Origin: Bacteroidales bacterium
Lineage (GTDB): Bacteria; Bacteroidota; Bacteroidia; Bacteroidales; SMBSF77
Assembly: GCA_021106655.1 (NCBI GenBank)
Contig: JAIOTT010000066.1
Coordinates: forward strand, 1-34,106
Length of the DNA stretch: 34,106 nt
Direction of reading: 5' to 3'
Part shown: in pieces, positions 33,093-34,106 of the stretch
How the letters are laid out: each line of letters starts with the position of its first letter
Numbering within the stretch: position 1 is the stretch's first letter
Made by a program: the position numbers and the translations under genes
Notes under the pieces: generated by a model
The model's input: the letters and a program-made list of their open reading frames with translations, nothing else
Told to the model about the DNA's origin: nothing
The model's database searches: none

Positions 33093-34106
33093 TTGAAAAA
33101 ACTTAGCCTGTCATATGCTTTGGGGTTTATTTTATTTGCTGTCCTTACACAGGCTCAGGATTTGAATAACCTGCGCTGTCGAAATATTAATATAACTTCT
33201 GACACGATCAGCATTGATACTCTGAGTATTATTCCAGGTAGCTTTTATATTAAAAACTCCATTGGTAGTTATCTGGATGATAGCCTTTTCAGTATTAACT
33301 TTCCAGACTCAAGATTATACTTTAAAGATATCTCAGCTTTGACTGATAAAACATATACTATTTGTTACAGATACTTTCCTTATGATTTTTCGAGACAGTA
33401 CTACAATAAGAACAAGTCAATTATTGTACCTGATGGGTCAGGATCCTATAATCCTTTTAAGTTTAGTCCAGAAAAGAAGTCTCCTGATATATTCGAATTC
33501 GATGGTTTAAATAAAAGTGGTAGTATTTCACGCGGGATCAATTTTGGAAATAATCAGGATGTAGTTGTTAATTCAAATCTTAATCTGCAATTATCAGGTA
33601 AACTAAGCAAAGAAGTAGAGATACTTGCAGCAATCACTGACAATAACATGCCAATACAACCTTATGGAAACACTCAGTACATACAGGATTTTGATAAAGT
33701 TTATATTCAACTGTCAGGGAAAAATTCAAAACTTATTGCAGGTGATTTTGAACTTAACAGGCCACGAAGCTATTTCATGAATTTCTTTAAAAAAGTTCAG
33801 GGAGGAGACTTCCAGACCAAATTCAACATAAATACCAAATCTCGTGGAATAATGAATTTACATGCAGCAGCTGCTTTATCAAAAGGAAAATTTGCAAGAA
33901 ATAATATTCAGGGAATTGAAGGAAATCGGGGGCCATATCGACTAAGAGGAAATGAAAACGAATTATATATTATTGTGCTAGCCGGGACAGAGAAAGTTTT
34001 TATAGACGGGCAATTATTAACACGTGGACAGGAAAATGATTATATTATCGACTATAATACTGCTGAAATTATTTTTACACCGGAAATCTTAATTACTAAG
34101 GATAAA
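33093..34106 (+). CDS. Secreted/outer-membrane-type protein of unknown function (3' end outside the window)
   Basis: This ORF is not in the supplied track because no stop is reached. The frame is open from the TAA at 33057-33059 to the window end. A TTG at 33093 gives (M)KKLSLSYALGFILFAVLTQAQD, a signal peptide. It continues ..GSISRGINFGNNQDVVVNSNLNLQLSGK..GNRGPYRLRGNENELYIIVLAGTEKVFIDGQLLTRGQENDYIIDYNTAEIIFTP. Start codon choice is uncertain. Confidence 0.65.
   Translation, partial: MKKLSLSYALGFILFAVLTQAQDLNNLRCRNINITSDTISIDTLSIIPGSFYIKNSIGSYLDDSLFSINFPDSRLYFKDISALTDKTYTICYRYFPYDFSRQYYNKNKSIIVPDGSGSYNPFKFSPEKKSPDIFEFDGLNKSGSISRGINFGNNQDVVVNSNLNLQLSGKLSKEVEILAAITDNNMPIQPYGNTQYIQDFDKVYIQLSGKNSKLIAGDFELNRPRSYFMNFFKKVQGGDFQTKFNINTKSRGIMNLHAAAALSKGKFARNNIQGIEGNRGPYRLRGNENELYIIVLAGTEKVFIDGQLLTRGQENDYIIDYNTAEIIFTPEILITKDK

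Overview
The window is low-GC (estimated by eye at about one third G+C) and densely coding, with about 29 protein genes. It looks like an anaerobic Bacteroidota-type chromosome. Support: TAnnTTTG -7 promoter boxes, few Shine-Dalgarno sites, a MurF-Alr fusion, a PorW/SprE-like TPR lipoprotein and many short GC-rich hairpins in AT-rich spacers. Gene content from left to right is as follows. (1) A tightly packed HdrA-like / HdrA-like / small wHTH protein / QmoC-type (HdrC+HdrE fusion) redox operon, 5' truncated by the window edge. (2) A CPA2 antiporter with an RCK domain. (3) A 1.6-kb gene-poor islet holding a type II TA pair whose toxin carries an in-frame TAA. (4) A tungsten module: AOR-family aldehyde:ferredoxin oxidoreductase, a ModE-like regulator with an in-frame TGA, and WtpA-lipoprotein-WtpB-WtpC. 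(5) An 0.8-kb ORF6N/KilA-N cassette bracketed by a 51-bp coding-derived direct repeat. (6) Housekeeping genes: an MqnC/E-type radical SAM enzyme, pepA, pdxA, murF-alr, a GT2, a PHP phosphatase, bactofilin, an AtpZ-like protein, the PorW/SprE-like protein, an M23 peptidase with an in-frame TAA, dxr, rseP, a YitT-like protein, and a 3'-truncated secreted protein. I found no rRNA, tRNA or CRISPR array. The most notable signals are the att-like gene-end duplication around the ORF6N cassette, the Qmo-type module with an intercalated repeat/wHTH protein, an uncharacterised two-domain lipoprotein inside the tungstate transporter operon, a Mo-box-like palindrome, three clean single-codon nonsense interruptions, and a family of recurring hairpin elements. 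All functional calls rest on motif recognition by eye. No database search or folding computation was run.
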